DNA from: an uncultured Alphaproteobacteria bacterium
GTDB taxonomy: Bacteria; Pseudomonadota; Alphaproteobacteria; Rickettsiales; JALZUV01
NCBI GenBank assembly: GCA_963837025.1
Contig: CAWILT010000002.1
Span: 705,089-769,088 of the forward strand
Direction of reading: 5' to 3'
Length of the DNA stretch: 64,000 bases
Below the pieces are notes generated by a model that was not told the origin of the DNA, searched no databases, and worked only from the letters and a program-made list of their open reading frames with translations. Positions 28,275 to 39,680 of this stretch are shown piece by piece (position 1 is the stretch's first letter; each line of letters opens with the position of its first letter). A program made the position numbers and the translations under genes.

Positions 28275-29015
28275 ATGACGAAACACCAAGGCTTTACCTT
28301 AATTGAACTGGCAATTGTTTTAACCATTATTGGGTTAATTGTTGGGGGCATTATTTCAGGTCAAAGCCTTATTCGAGCCGCCGAACTAAATAATGTGGTG
28401 GGTGATATTGAAAAATATACTACTGCGGTGAATGTTTTCAAAGATAAATATGGCGAACTGCCTGGCGATATGAGCAATGCAAAAAAAATGTGGCCAAGCA
28501 TGTCCTGCACAGATACTACCACAAGTGATGGGAATCCTGGCGGATGTAACGGCGATGGAGATGGAAAACATAATTCATATGCAGAGGCTTTTAGGGCTTG
28601 GCAACATATGGGGTTGGCTGGAGTTATTGATAAAACATATTCAGGAATAAACAATGGGCATAGTCATTTCCATGCTACAATTGGAGTGACGCTGCCTGAA
28701 ACTGGAATTAAAAACGCAGGCTTTATGTTTTACGAGTTAGAAAAAATTGCACCGGGCCACCCTTATTGGTTTCCAAATAATTATGGTAAAACTTTTATGA
28801 TTGGCGAATCACTAAACGGATATCCAAGTGACCCTTTCATTTCAGTAGCAGAAGCCAAAAATATTGATAAGAAAATTGATGACGGCAGCCCTTCAAAGGG
28901 AAAATTATATACGTGGGCGAATACATTTCATACAAATTGCACTATATCAGCCACAGCCTATGCTACGGGTGAAGTAGAGAAAGCTTGCGCCTTAATTTAT
29001 AGCTGGTCGAAATAA
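28275..29015 (+). CDS. Prepilin-type N-terminal cleavage/methylation domain protein (paralog 2)
   Basis: MTKHQG|FTLIELAIVLTIIGLIVGG leader, plus KDKYGELPGDMSNA, CNGDGDG and KIDDGSPSKG. An upstream ATG at 28251 is an alternative start. Confidence 0.8.
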   Translation: MTKHQGFTLIELAIVLTIIGLIVGGIISGQSLIRAAELNNVVGDIEKYTTAVNVFKDKYGELPGDMSNAKKMWPSMSCTDTTTSDGNPGGCNGDGDGKHNSYAEAFRAWQHMGLAGVIDKTYSGINNGHSHFHATIGVTLPETGIKNAGFMFYELEKIAPGHPYWFPNNYGKTFMIGESLNGYPSDPFISVAEAKNIDKKIDDGSPSKGKLYTWANTFHTNCTISATAYATGEVEKACALIYSWSK

Positions 29016-29021
29016 CGTAAG

Positions 29022-31520
<2,499 letters not shown>

Positions 31521-31681
31521 CTAGTAAAAACACACATTTTGATAACTCTCACGTGTATAAATTTTTAAAAATTTTAATGCGCTTATGATAAATTTTGTTT
31601 CTTTACCATCTCGAAAATTTATATGGAGAATGGTTTAACGAAGATGCTTCAATAATGAAGTAACACAGGAGGTTTAATAAT

Positions 31682-31789
31682 ATGTCTTCAACTCAAAATA
31701 AAAACTCAAATCCATCACAAAAACAACCATCATCTGAGAAAAAAGGTGAGCCAACAAAAGCAAACAAGAAGCCAGCTCCAAAGAAATAG
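31682..31789 (+). CDS. Candidate 35-aa lysine-rich small protein
   Basis: AGGAGG lies 7 nt upstream of the ATG. The ORF reads MSSTQNKNSNPSQKQPSSEKKGEPTKANKKPAPKK and is followed by a hairpin near 31820-31850. Confidence 0.35.
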   Translation: MSSTQNKNSNPSQKQPSSEKKGEPTKANKKPAPKK

Positions 31790-31937
31790 TTTCTTTTAAA
31801 AATCTTTATTCTGTAAATGTAGAGCCTGCGAAAGTGGGCTCTGCTTTATTGGCGTCATTTTTCTCATAAGCCCTTTACTAATTAACAAAGAATAAAGTTA
31901 AACCCTTGTATCGCGCATAAACTGTGATTACATTCAC

Positions 31938-32034
31938 CTTGGGTCGAGCAGTGGGCGAAATGTCCGTGAATCTGGTCAGGACTGAGAAGTAGCAGCCATA
32001 GCGATTTGCATCTCGGGTCACTGCCGGCCTCTAA
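31938..32034 (+). ncRNA. ffs: Signal recognition particle RNA (4.5S type)
   Basis: Domain-IV signature CUGGUCAGGACUGAGAAGUAGCAGCCAUAGCG. Closing helices GGUCG/CGGCC and GCAGUG/CACUGC. Conserved position directly upstream of dnaX. Confidence 0.75.
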
Positions 32035-32062
32035 CATTCATATAACCTAGGCATCAAGACCC

Positions 32063-33700
32063 ATGGAATATCGCGTTCTCGCTCGTAAATATCGCCCCAC
32101 TAACTTCGATGAGTTGATAGGCCAAGATGTGTTGGTGCAAACCCTTTCTAACGCGATTGAACGCAATCGTGTAGCGCATGCATTCTTATTACATGGCATT
32201 CGCGGGATTGGCAAAACCACCACGGCGCGTATCATCGCCAAAGCTCTCAATTGCATAGGCGTTGACGGGCAGGGCGGTGCAACCATCAGCCCATGCGGAG
32301 TGTGTGCCAATTGCGTTGCCATCACCGAAGATCGCCATATTGATGTGGTGGAAATGGATGCAGCAAGCCGTACGGGCGTTGATAATATCCGCGATATTAT
32401 TGAAACGGTACATTACGCACCAGGCCAAGCCCGCACCAAAATTTATATCATTGATGAGGTGCATATGCTTTCCAAAGGCGCTTTCAACGCGCTGCTTAAA
32501 ACGCTGGAAGAGCCACCTGAGCATGTGAAATTCATTTTTGCCACGACCGAATTACGCAAAATTCCCATCACCATTCTTTCGCGTTGCCAAAAGTTTGATT
32601 TGCGTCGCGTTGATGTGGTTACACTCGCCGCTCACCTTAAAGCAATATGCGATAAAGAAAATGTTGTCGCTAATGAAGATGAGCTTAAGCTTATCTCGCA
32701 AGCTGCAGAAGGTTCGGTTCGCGATGGATTATCCTTACTTGATCAAGCCATTGCTTTGGGCGATGAAGCAGATGGGAAAACCAATATAGCCGACGGCAAA
32801 GTTGCGCAAATGCTAGGGTTAGCCGACCGCAGCCGCACGATTGCATTACTCGAAAATCTTTATGAAGGAAAAGTAGCGGATGCCATTACTTCATTGCGCG
32901 AGCAATATGCTGATGGCAATGATCCCGCGCAAGTTCTGCAAGAAATTTTGGAGCGTTTGCATGAATTGACCTTGCTCAAAACAAATATGCAATCTGAAGA
33001 TGCCAAGATTGCCCCTAATTTTGAAAGGCTACAGGTTTTGGCGCAAAAACTCAGCCTTGGTATATTAACACGCAGTTGGCAGGTGATTGCTAAAGGTACA
33101 CAAGAGCTTTCGCATGTGAGCAACACACTAGCAGCGGCTGAGATGATATTAATTCGCTTGGCGCATTTATCTGATTTGCCTGACCCCGATCAACTGATTA
33201 AAAAGTTAAAGTCAGAGCCGGTGGATTCATCTACGAACACTCCTGCCAATATAGCGGCACATGCGGCCGCACCGGCAGAAGCAGTGTTAACGCAAGCGAA
33301 TGAAAATTCGATAAAAGATGCTCAGCGTTCGCAGGATTTTGACAGCTTTGAATCAATCATAGCCCTGTTTAAGCGCAAAAAAGAACCGATGATTGTGCAT
33401 CATTTATATACCGAAGCGCGCTTAGTTAGTTTTGCCCGTGGCAAAATAGAGCTTAATTTTGGTGATTCGGTTGGGCGCGATGTGCCAGCAGAAATTGCCG
33501 CTAAATTAAAAGAATATAGTGGGCAAACGTGGATAGTGGCCGTTAGCCAGCAAGAGGGCCAACCTTCATTGCGCGAACAAGCAGAGGCGAACGCACAACA
33601 AAAACGCGAAGCCATTTGCGCGCACCCTATTGTGCAAGGTGTTTTAAACAGTTTTGAAGGCAGCCAAATTAAAGCAATAAAATTAGGAGAATCATCATGA
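32063..33700 (+). CDS. dnaX: DNA polymerase III subunit gamma/tau
   Basis: GIRGIGKTTTAR (Walker A), a Zn module (CIGVDGQGGATISPCGVCANC), IYIIDEVHML and SRCQKF. Confidence 0.95.
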   Translation: MEYRVLARKYRPTNFDELIGQDVLVQTLSNAIERNRVAHAFLLHGIRGIGKTTTARIIAKALNCIGVDGQGGATISPCGVCANCVAITEDRHIDVVEMDAASRTGVDNIRDIIETVHYAPGQARTKIYIIDEVHMLSKGAFNALLKTLEEPPEHVKFIFATTELRKIPITILSRCQKFDLRRVDVVTLAAHLKAICDKENVVANEDELKLISQAAEGSVRDGLSLLDQAIALGDEADGKTNIADGKVAQMLGLADRSRTIALLENLYEGKVADAITSLREQYADGNDPAQVLQEILERLHELTLLKTNMQSEDAKIAPNFERLQVLAQKLSLGILTRSWQVIAKGTQELSHVSNTLAAAEMILIRLAHLSDLPDPDQLIKKLKSEPVDSSTNTPANIAAHAAAPAEAVLTQANENSIKDAQRSQDFDSFESIIALFKRKKEPMIVHHLYTEARLVSFARGKIELNFGDSVGRDVPAEIAAKLKEYSGQTWIVAVSQQEGQPSLREQAEANAQQKREAICAHPIVQGVLNSFEGSQIKAIKLGESS

Positions 33701-33999
33701 ATATTCAAAAAATGTTAAAGCAAGCTCAAGCCATGCAAGCTAAAATGGAAGTGCTGCAAACCGAGCTAGCGCAAGAAGAAGTCCATGGTTCAGCCGCAGG
33801 CGGCGCTGTTAAGGTGACACTCACCGGCAAGCACGACATGAAAGATTTACATATTGATGATAGCCTGATTGATCCTACCGATAAGGAAATGCTTATCAGC
33901 ACCATTATGGCCGCTTTCAACGATGCTAAAGCCAAAGTTGACACCATGAATTCCGAACGGATGAGCGAAGCCACCGGTGGCATGAAGCTCCCCTTTTAA
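33697..33999 (+). CDS. ybaB: YbaB/EbfC nucleoid-associated protein
   Basis: 100 aa, with MLKQAQAMQAKMEVLQTEL... and the conserved location after dnaX. Confidence 0.9.
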   Translation: MNIQKMLKQAQAMQAKMEVLQTELAQEEVHGSAAGGAVKVTLTGKHDMKDLHIDDSLIDPTDKEMLISTIMAAFNDAKAKVDTMNSERMSEATGGMKLPF

Positions 34000-34000
34000 T

Positions 34001-34294
34001 ATGATGATAAAATGGATAACTTTAATCGCAGCGCTTACGATAGCATCACCCGCTTTGGCGCTTAAAGTGGCAAATTGCGATGCACAACCGCATAGCTTAA
34101 CGCTCGATTATTATGGCGAAACGACTACGCGCATCATTCAACCCAACGAACACGTGCGTTTCTATGGCCGAGCGCGTGAAATTCTATTAAATGACAGAAC
34201 CTATACTCTCATCCGTCATCATGATGAATATTGCATTCGCAAAGGTGTTTTAACTTTGCAACGCCGCGCACATGATACCCGTGGATTCCGCTAA
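34001..34294 (+). CDS. Small secreted protein of unknown function
   Basis: 97 aa with an N-terminal signal peptide (MMIKWITLIAALTIASPALA). It occupies the slot where recR usually lies. Confidence 0.45.
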   Translation: MMIKWITLIAALTIASPALALKVANCDAQPHSLTLDYYGETTTRIIQPNEHVRFYGRAREILLNDRTYTLIRHHDEYCIRKGVLTLQRRAHDTRGFR

Positions 34295-34335
34295 ATATTA
34301 ATCATAAATTAGCTTATTAGTGGTAGAAATACAGA

Positions 34336-35100
34336 ATGAAACAGGGTTTTACACTTTTAGAATTATCCATCGTATTAGTCATAATTGGCTTGATTATTGG
34401 TGGCATAACCGCAGGGGCGAGTCTAATTCGAAGTGCTGAATTAAATTCCGTATTAAAAGAAAAAGGGAATTATTTATTAGCAGTAAGCACTTTTAAGCTT
34501 AAATATAATGCTCTTCCAGGTGACATGAAAAATGCAGAATTATACTGGGGGACTGCGAATGCTGCCGACGCAAGCTGTATAACGACAAAATCAACAACTC
34601 AATCTACCTGTAATGGTAATGGTGATGGTATTTTACAGTATTCTTCTCGCTCAAACGAATATTTTCGTTTTTGGCAACATTTAAGTAACGCTCAAATTAT
34701 TCAAGGTCAATTTAATGGCGCTTCAAGAGATAGTTCTAATATTTTCTCTAGTGAATTAGGAGTTAATGTCCCTAGGTCAACTGTGTCTGGTGCGGGTTGG
34801 ATGTCAATTTATCTAGGTAAACCTAGTTCCAGTGGTGATTGGTTGGATGGAACATATAATAATAGTTTAATATTTGGTTCAGAAAGCCCTAGTTCATATA
34901 CTTATCTACCAATTTTAACTCCTAGTGAAGCAATGGCAATCGATATAAAGTCTGATGATGGAAACGCAGGCAAAGGAAATATTGTTGCCGGAAGATATAC
35001 TATATGCACCAATGCGTCAAATAGTGCTGATATAAATGCTGAATATTTGTTATCTTCTTCTGCTATAGCTTGTAGTTTAGTTTTTAGAAATTTTATGTAA
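34336..35100 (+). CDS. Prepilin-type N-terminal cleavage/methylation domain protein (paralog 3)
   Basis: MKQG|FTLLELSIVLVIIGLIIGG leader, plus KLKYNALPGDMKNA, CNGNGDG and KSDDGNAGKG. Confidence 0.8.
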   Translation: MKQGFTLLELSIVLVIIGLIIGGITAGASLIRSAELNSVLKEKGNYLLAVSTFKLKYNALPGDMKNAELYWGTANAADASCITTKSTTQSTCNGNGDGILQYSSRSNEYFRFWQHLSNAQIIQGQFNGASRDSSNIFSSELGVNVPRSTVSGAGWMSIYLGKPSSSGDWLDGTYNNSLIFGSESPSSYTYLPILTPSEAMAIDIKSDDGNAGKGNIVAGRYTICTNASNSADINAEYLLSSSAIACSLVFRNFM

Positions 35101-35124
35101 GCAGATAGATTATTGTTATAAATT

Positions 35125-35694
35125 TTAACTATTCACCGCTTCTACTTGCTGCACTTCGGGCACGTAGTGTTTTAACATATTCTCAATGCCATCTTTTAAC
35201 GTGATGGTGCTGCTGGGGCAGCCGCTGCAACTGCCATGCAGCTCTAGCTTTACGGTGCCCGTGCTTTCTTCAAAACCTTTAAACACAATATCGCCACCAT
35301 CTTGCGCTACGGCTGGGCGCACACGGGTTTCGATAAGTTCTTTAATTGTTTTTGCTAACGCGCTATCGGCCTCATCTGAACCGCCTTTAGCGGCAGATTC
35401 TTCACCATTCATGGCAGGTTTACCCGCTACGAAATGATCCATCACACGGCTTAAAATTTGCGCCTTTAATGCGTCCCATTCAACCGTTTCGCTTTTGGTA
35501 ACACTAATAAAGTCATGTCCGAAAAAAATAGCATTAATACCATCAACTTCAAATAGAGTGGCCGCTAATTCCGATTTCTTCATCGCTTCTTCTTTGCGTG
35601 TGAAAAAGGCAGTGGCTCCCTGTATCATCACTTCTTTACCAGGAAGGAATTTTAATGTTTGCGGATTTGGGGTCGTTTCGGTTTGAATAAACAT
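35125..35694 (-). CDS. NifU/Nfu-type Fe-S cluster assembly protein
   Basis: An Nfu_N-like N-terminus (MFIQTETTPNPQTLKFLPG) and a C-terminal CxxC motif (HGSCSGCPSS). Confidence 0.85.
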   Translation of the reverse strand: MFIQTETTPNPQTLKFLPGKEVMIQGATAFFTRKEEAMKKSELAATLFEVDGINAIFFGHDFISVTKSETVEWDALKAQILSRVMDHFVAGKPAMNGEESAAKGGSDEADSALAKTIKELIETRVRPAVAQDGGDIVFKGFEESTGTVKLELHGSCSGCPSSTITLKDGIENMLKHYVPEVQQVEAVNS

Positions 35695-35790
35695 GCATCA
35701 CTCTTTCTATTGCCATTTATATGTAGGGTTTTTAGCTTTATTTACAAGGTTTGCTTACTTTTTGTTAAAACTTTAATGCTATGCTAACCT

Positions 35791-36348
35791 ATGGCGTTGT
35801 TTTCACTCTATGAGCCCACTGATAACGTAAATACGATGCGCATAGAGCGCGCGATACGTATTAGTGGCATGTTTTGGAATATTGCCGCTACCATTAATCG
35901 CAAGTTATATCCAGTGGATATCAATGCAGAAATTGCCAAACAAATCGATTCAAAGAATAAAGATGTAGAAGATTTATATGTGCCTACTGCCATTGAGGAT
36001 ATGCTGCATGAAAGCAGCCATCAATCAGCTTTATTAAACAGGCTCGATTATGAAGTAAAATTGCTAAAACCTTTCTTACTCGCACCAAGCACCCGCCATT
36101 CGCCAGAAGTTAAAACCATTGCTGAAGCCACCTATTTATTTAATGATCAAACAGGAAAATCAGCAGATTTAATGCATGAATTTATAAGGCATTTAGACAA
36201 AAACGAAAGCTCAATTGATCAGCTTATTAATACGGGCATTGAAAGACGAAAGCTTAATGAGCTGGTTAAACAATATGAAAATGATACTGACTTATCGAAG
36301 AAAATGATGCCACGTATTAAAACGAGTGGAGCAGGGCACAAGCGCTAG
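35791..36348 (+). CDS. Hypothetical protein
   Basis: 185-aa ORF with no recognisable motif. Confidence 0.4.
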   Translation: MALFSLYEPTDNVNTMRIERAIRISGMFWNIAATINRKLYPVDINAEIAKQIDSKNKDVEDLYVPTAIEDMLHESSHQSALLNRLDYEVKLLKPFLLAPSTRHSPEVKTIAEATYLFNDQTGKSADLMHEFIRHLDKNESSIDQLINTGIERRKLNELVKQYENDTDLSKKMMPRIKTSGAGHKR

Positions 36349-36350
36349 CC

Positions 36351-38099
36351 TTATTTTTTATCAAACCAATCGGCGCCACTATCAGCTTGTTTTCGTGCAT
36401 TCATCATGCCTTTAAATGTAGGGCAGGGCTTATTCCACAATTCTAATGCGGTTGGGCTAGTATCGGGTTTGCCAAATAGCCAGCCTTGACCATAATGCAC
36501 GCCGCTTTCCCATAGAATGCCTGCAGTTTTATCATCCTCCACCATTTCAGCGATAGTGGTCATGCCTAAATTACGGCACATGCCTACCATCGCGCGCAAT
36601 AAGTGGCGGCCACGTGTAGTATTTAAATTCTCGCGCACATAGCTGCCGTCAATTTTAATATGATCAACATGCAAATAACGCAAATAATCGAAAGAAGATT
36701 CGGCGACTCCAAAATCATCTAAACACACAATATGGCCGCGCTTACGCAATTCTTGCAAAAAATTATTAGCCGTTTCCATATCACTAATCTTGGCTGATTC
36801 TGTCACTTCCAACATCACTTGTTTGCGGATATGCGGAAAGCCATTCATCATAGCCAGCATGGCATCCATAAATATTTGTGATGAAAGTGAGCGACCTGAC
36901 ATGTTGATCGCCACCGAAGGCCAATGTGCTTTTTCATGTTCGCGATCAAGTGCCACTAGGGCGCGCCGGCACATGGCCAAATCAAACTCATTGATTAATC
37001 CGGTCTGTTCGCCAAAATTTATAAATTCAAATGGGTTCGAAAACTGATTCGCTTCGTATCCCTCTTTCAAACGCACAAGTGCTTCAAAATGATGCACAAT
37101 ACCATTGCGCAAATCAACAATAGGTTGATAAGCCAGTTCAAAGGAGTTTTCTTCCACCGTCGATTTAAATTGAGTGATGCGTGATACCGTATCGTTCAAC
37201 AAACTATCATAGCTGTCTTGCAGGTTTTCAAAACTAAAGTTTTCGTTTCTATCGGCAAATTTATTAAGGGTGAAGAGCACGGCTCTGGCAGAATCTTCGT
37301 TATTTAATCCTTTCACATGGCCATCAATGGTTGAAACCCGCGTTTCAATTTGCTTGGCTGCGGGGTTGAGTTTGCTAAGCAATGCCTGCACTTCGCTGGC
37401 AACTTCATGGCCAACCACATCCGAATCGTGCAATAAACTAAATTTGGTGGAATCAACCATGCCAGCCGTATCATTATCCACCGATTGGCTGCGTAAATAG
37501 TCGGCCACTTCGCGCATCAATTCCTTTGAACGCTCCGGCTCCATTTCATCGAGAAACTTCTTTAAATCGGGCAAATCAATCAACGAAATTTGCGGCGTTT
37601 TGCCTTCGGCGGTTAGAATATTTAAACGTTCTGCCGCGCGTTTTGCATAAGCCTCTTTGTTTAATAAGCCGGTGGCAAAATCGCGGCTGCTAAATTCAGC
37701 TTCGTCCATTTCTTCGCGCAAGATTGAAAAGCTCAAATAAATGCGGCTGGCATCATTGGGCAAAATTACACCCGATACCGCAACAGGCAATTTATCAAAC
37801 AAGCGGCTTTGCAGCATTAGCTTGCGTTGTTGCGCGCGGCCAAACTGGATTATTTCATCGGAAATTTCTGCCCACACTGTGAGTTGATCTTGCGCTAAAA
37901 AATGGCTGAAGGGTTTGTGTAAAAAATGTGCGGCCTCTTCACCTAAAAATCCACGTGTGGCACCATCAATATAACCTATTTCTTGTTCTTGATTTAATTC
38001 AATCAGCATATCGGACGATGCAAATGCAAAGGCCACAAATCGATCGCGATCATGCTTTATCGCGTTATGATAATGTTCAGATGTTGGATGTTTCGACAT
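36351..38099 (-). CDS. EAL-domain protein with a degenerate GGDEF-like domain
   Basis: EAL signature YQPIVDLRNGIVHHFEALVRL and DDFG. The preceding domain lacks a GGDEF motif. Confidence 0.85.
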   Translation of the reverse strand: MSKHPTSEHYHNAIKHDRDRFVAFAFASSDMLIELNQEQEIGYIDGATRGFLGEEAAHFLHKPFSHFLAQDQLTVWAEISDEIIQFGRAQQRKLMLQSRLFDKLPVAVSGVILPNDASRIYLSFSILREEMDEAEFSSRDFATGLLNKEAYAKRAAERLNILTAEGKTPQISLIDLPDLKKFLDEMEPERSKELMREVADYLRSQSVDNDTAGMVDSTKFSLLHDSDVVGHEVASEVQALLSKLNPAAKQIETRVSTIDGHVKGLNNEDSARAVLFTLNKFADRNENFSFENLQDSYDSLLNDTVSRITQFKSTVEENSFELAYQPIVDLRNGIVHHFEALVRLKEGYEANQFSNPFEFINFGEQTGLINEFDLAMCRRALVALDREHEKAHWPSVAINMSGRSLSSQIFMDAMLAMMNGFPHIRKQVMLEVTESAKISDMETANNFLQELRKRGHIVCLDDFGVAESSFDYLRYLHVDHIKIDGSYVRENLNTTRGRHLLRAMVGMCRNLGMTTIAEMVEDDKTAGILWESGVHYGQGWLFGKPDTSPTALELWNKPCPTFKGMMNARKQADSGADWFDKK

Positions 38100-38173
38100 T
38101 AAATGAATATAGTTTTACTAACGCCTAACGTGAAGTTTCGTTGCTAACTATACTCTTTTTTTCGTAAATATGC

Positions 38174-38202
38174 TTCACATTTATACGTAAGTGAGGCATA
38201 AT
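38174..38202 (+). promoter_or_regulatory. Candidate sigma-70 promoter for ssrA
   Basis: TTCACA (38174-38179), a 17-nt spacer, then CATAAT (38197-38202). Confidence 0.35.
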
Positions 38203-38208
38203 TATATC

Positions 38209-38555
38209 GCTCGCAAAAGCTATGGCGATAAACGTTATTTAGAATAGGCGGACTGGACCCGAGGGCAGTACTCGGCATCTCCACCCAAGGGCATTTACTA
38301 CAGGTTGTATCTGTAAGTTTAAGTGCATTTCGGCGGGGATGAAATAGATTCGACAGACGTAATAAAAAAATGATTTTCGTTCGGCATGATACCACCGCAT
38401 CGGGTCAAACTTTATAGTTGCTAATGATAATTCAGCGACTGTTGCATCTAACGACAATTTTGTCGTAGCTGCTCGTATGGCTGCCTAACGGCACCTAACG
38501 AGTACAGTATGTAAACGCGGTTCGGGGGGCGCCGGGCAACAGGAGTCCCCCCACT
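38209..38555 (+). ncRNA. ssrA: Two-piece (circularly permuted) tmRNA. The acceptor piece runs from about 38209 to 38286 and the coding piece from about 38335 to 38555.
   Basis: T-arm CCGAG-GGCAGUA-CUCGG (38259-38275). Acceptor 3' strand CAUCUCC-A-CC (38276-38285) pairs with GGGGAUG at 38335-38341 and includes the G3:U70 wobble. A D-loop-like AGAUUCGAC follows. The tag ORF begins at GCU 38420 and encodes ANDNSATVASNDNFVVAARMAA, with TAA at 38486-38488. A terminal GGGGGG...CCCCCC hairpin closes the RNA. Confidence 0.85.
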
Positions 38556-38739
38556 TTGATAACCAACATTGTCATCAAACTTTCACACTTGTTTTATGCA
38601 GAATATTTTATGCTAATTGCATTCTTTTCCTTTTACTCTTTTGTAATCGGTTTTCTGCGTATTCGCATGACTCACACTCGTCATTTGCTTTCTAGCAAAG
38701 ATGTAAAAGAATGTTTTCTTCACCTCATAATTTTCAAAC

Positions 38740-39159
38740 ATGCAAAGCGCCAAAATTCTAAATGTGCATGATGCAAAGTTCTTCACGTCATGGGATAAGG
38801 TTGAAGCTTTAAATTGCAAGCTTCCCATAAAGGGCTTTTCGCTTCTAAATCAGCACCGCGAATTGATTCGTCTGAACCTAAAGTTAGGCAGTCAACGCGA
38901 AGTCGAAATTTGGCTGCGCCAAACGCACCCTGAGCTACTCCACCTCAGCATGGAAGTTCCCTTTACGGGGAACCCTCCTGCAATCGGTTGGGGCGAGTTA
39001 ACGGTGTTTAGCCCTGAACTCATTTGCGGCAGCTTCAATATCTACCGCGGAGTTTCGGCTGAGAGCCTCATTTCGCATAAGATCGATCTCGGCTTTGCAG
39101 CCGGAATTTGGGGCATCTATCGTGGCGAATTCCACCAACCATGGAGTTTGCCAATTTAA
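38740..39159 (+). CDS. Hypothetical protein
   Basis: 139-aa ORF followed by a strong intrinsic terminator. Confidence 0.45.
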   Translation: MQSAKILNVHDAKFFTSWDKVEALNCKLPIKGFSLLNQHRELIRLNLKLGSQREVEIWLRQTHPELLHLSMEVPFTGNPPAIGWGELTVFSPELICGSFNIYRGVSAESLISHKIDLGFAAGIWGIYRGEFHQPWSLPI

Positions 39160-39166
39160 TCACCAA

Positions 39167-39198
39167 GGGGTGTAGCATCACGCTACACCCCTTTTTTT
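39167..39198 (+). terminator. Rho-independent terminator
   Basis: GGGGTGTAGC, loop ATCAC, GCTACACCCC, followed by seven Ts. Confidence 0.75.
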
Positions 39199-39272
39199 CT
39201 CGTCATTTCGACGAGAAATCTCAAATATTGCAATACCTTAGATTTCTCCTCGCTTTGCTTGTTCGAAATGAC
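39199..39272 (+). repeat. Palindromic repeat element, copy 1
   Basis: Nested inverted repeats GTCATTTCGAC/GTTCGAAATGAC and GAGAAATCT/AGATTTCTC. Near-identical to the copy at 39586-39675. Confidence 0.8.
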
Positions 39273-39280
39273 TAGGGCAA

Positions 39281-39573
39281 TTATTGGCTGATGTTTTGCC
39301 ACAAGTCATTCCATTCAGAATTTAAAGCTTCTATTAAAGCTACTTTCTTTTCGCGGCGGAATTTCTTTAACTGTTTTTCGCGAGTAATAGCATGCTTCAT
39401 ATCGTCATAAGCTTCAAAATAAACGAGTTTAGTGCATTGATATTTTTGGTAAATCCATCTAACGCTCCAGCGCGATGCTGCGCAATACGCTGCAATAGGT
39501 TGCTTGTAACGCCGATGTAAATAACGGTGTTTAGTCGATTTGTAACGATATATACAAAAGGCGCTTTTGGCAT
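39281..39573 (-). pseudogene. GIY-YIG (UPF0213/URI-type) nuclease-family gene, frameshifted
   Basis: MPKAPFVYIVTNRLNTVIYIGVTSNLLQRIAQHRAGALDGFTK is followed, in a different frame, by YQCTKLVYFEAYDDMKHAITREKQLKKFRREKKVALIEALNSEWNDLW. The shift lies at the T5 run at 39443-39447. The length is 293 nt. Confidence 0.85.
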
Positions 39574-39585
39574 AGTCTAAAGCCT

Positions 39586-39675
39586 CCCGTCATTTCGACG
39601 AAGCATAGCGACGAGAAATCTTAAATGTTGCAATAACTTCGATTTCTCCTCGCTTTGCTCGTTCGAAATGACGGG
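39586..39675 (+). repeat. Palindromic repeat element, copy 2 (with a 10-bp internal duplication)
   Basis: Same nested inverted repeats as copy 1, with an extra AAGCATAGCG segment. It lies between the ffh stop and the GIY-YIG start. Confidence 0.8.
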
Positions 39676-39680
39676 TATAG

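Noticed and set aside
33370-33385. An A6G run in dnaX, considered as a possible gamma-subunit -1 frameshift site
   Set aside because: The run is in the wrong register for an X_XXY_YYZ heptamer (codons CGC AAA AAA GAA), and no downstream stem was seen. I would not claim recoding without evidence.
39199-39675. The TTCGAAATGAC segments, considered as possible tRNA T-arms. I also scanned the whole window for tRNA, rRNA and CRISPR arrays.
   Set aside because: No cloverleaf can be drawn around these segments; they are arms of a palindromic repeat. No regularly spaced direct repeats or rRNA-like sequence were seen anywhere in the window.
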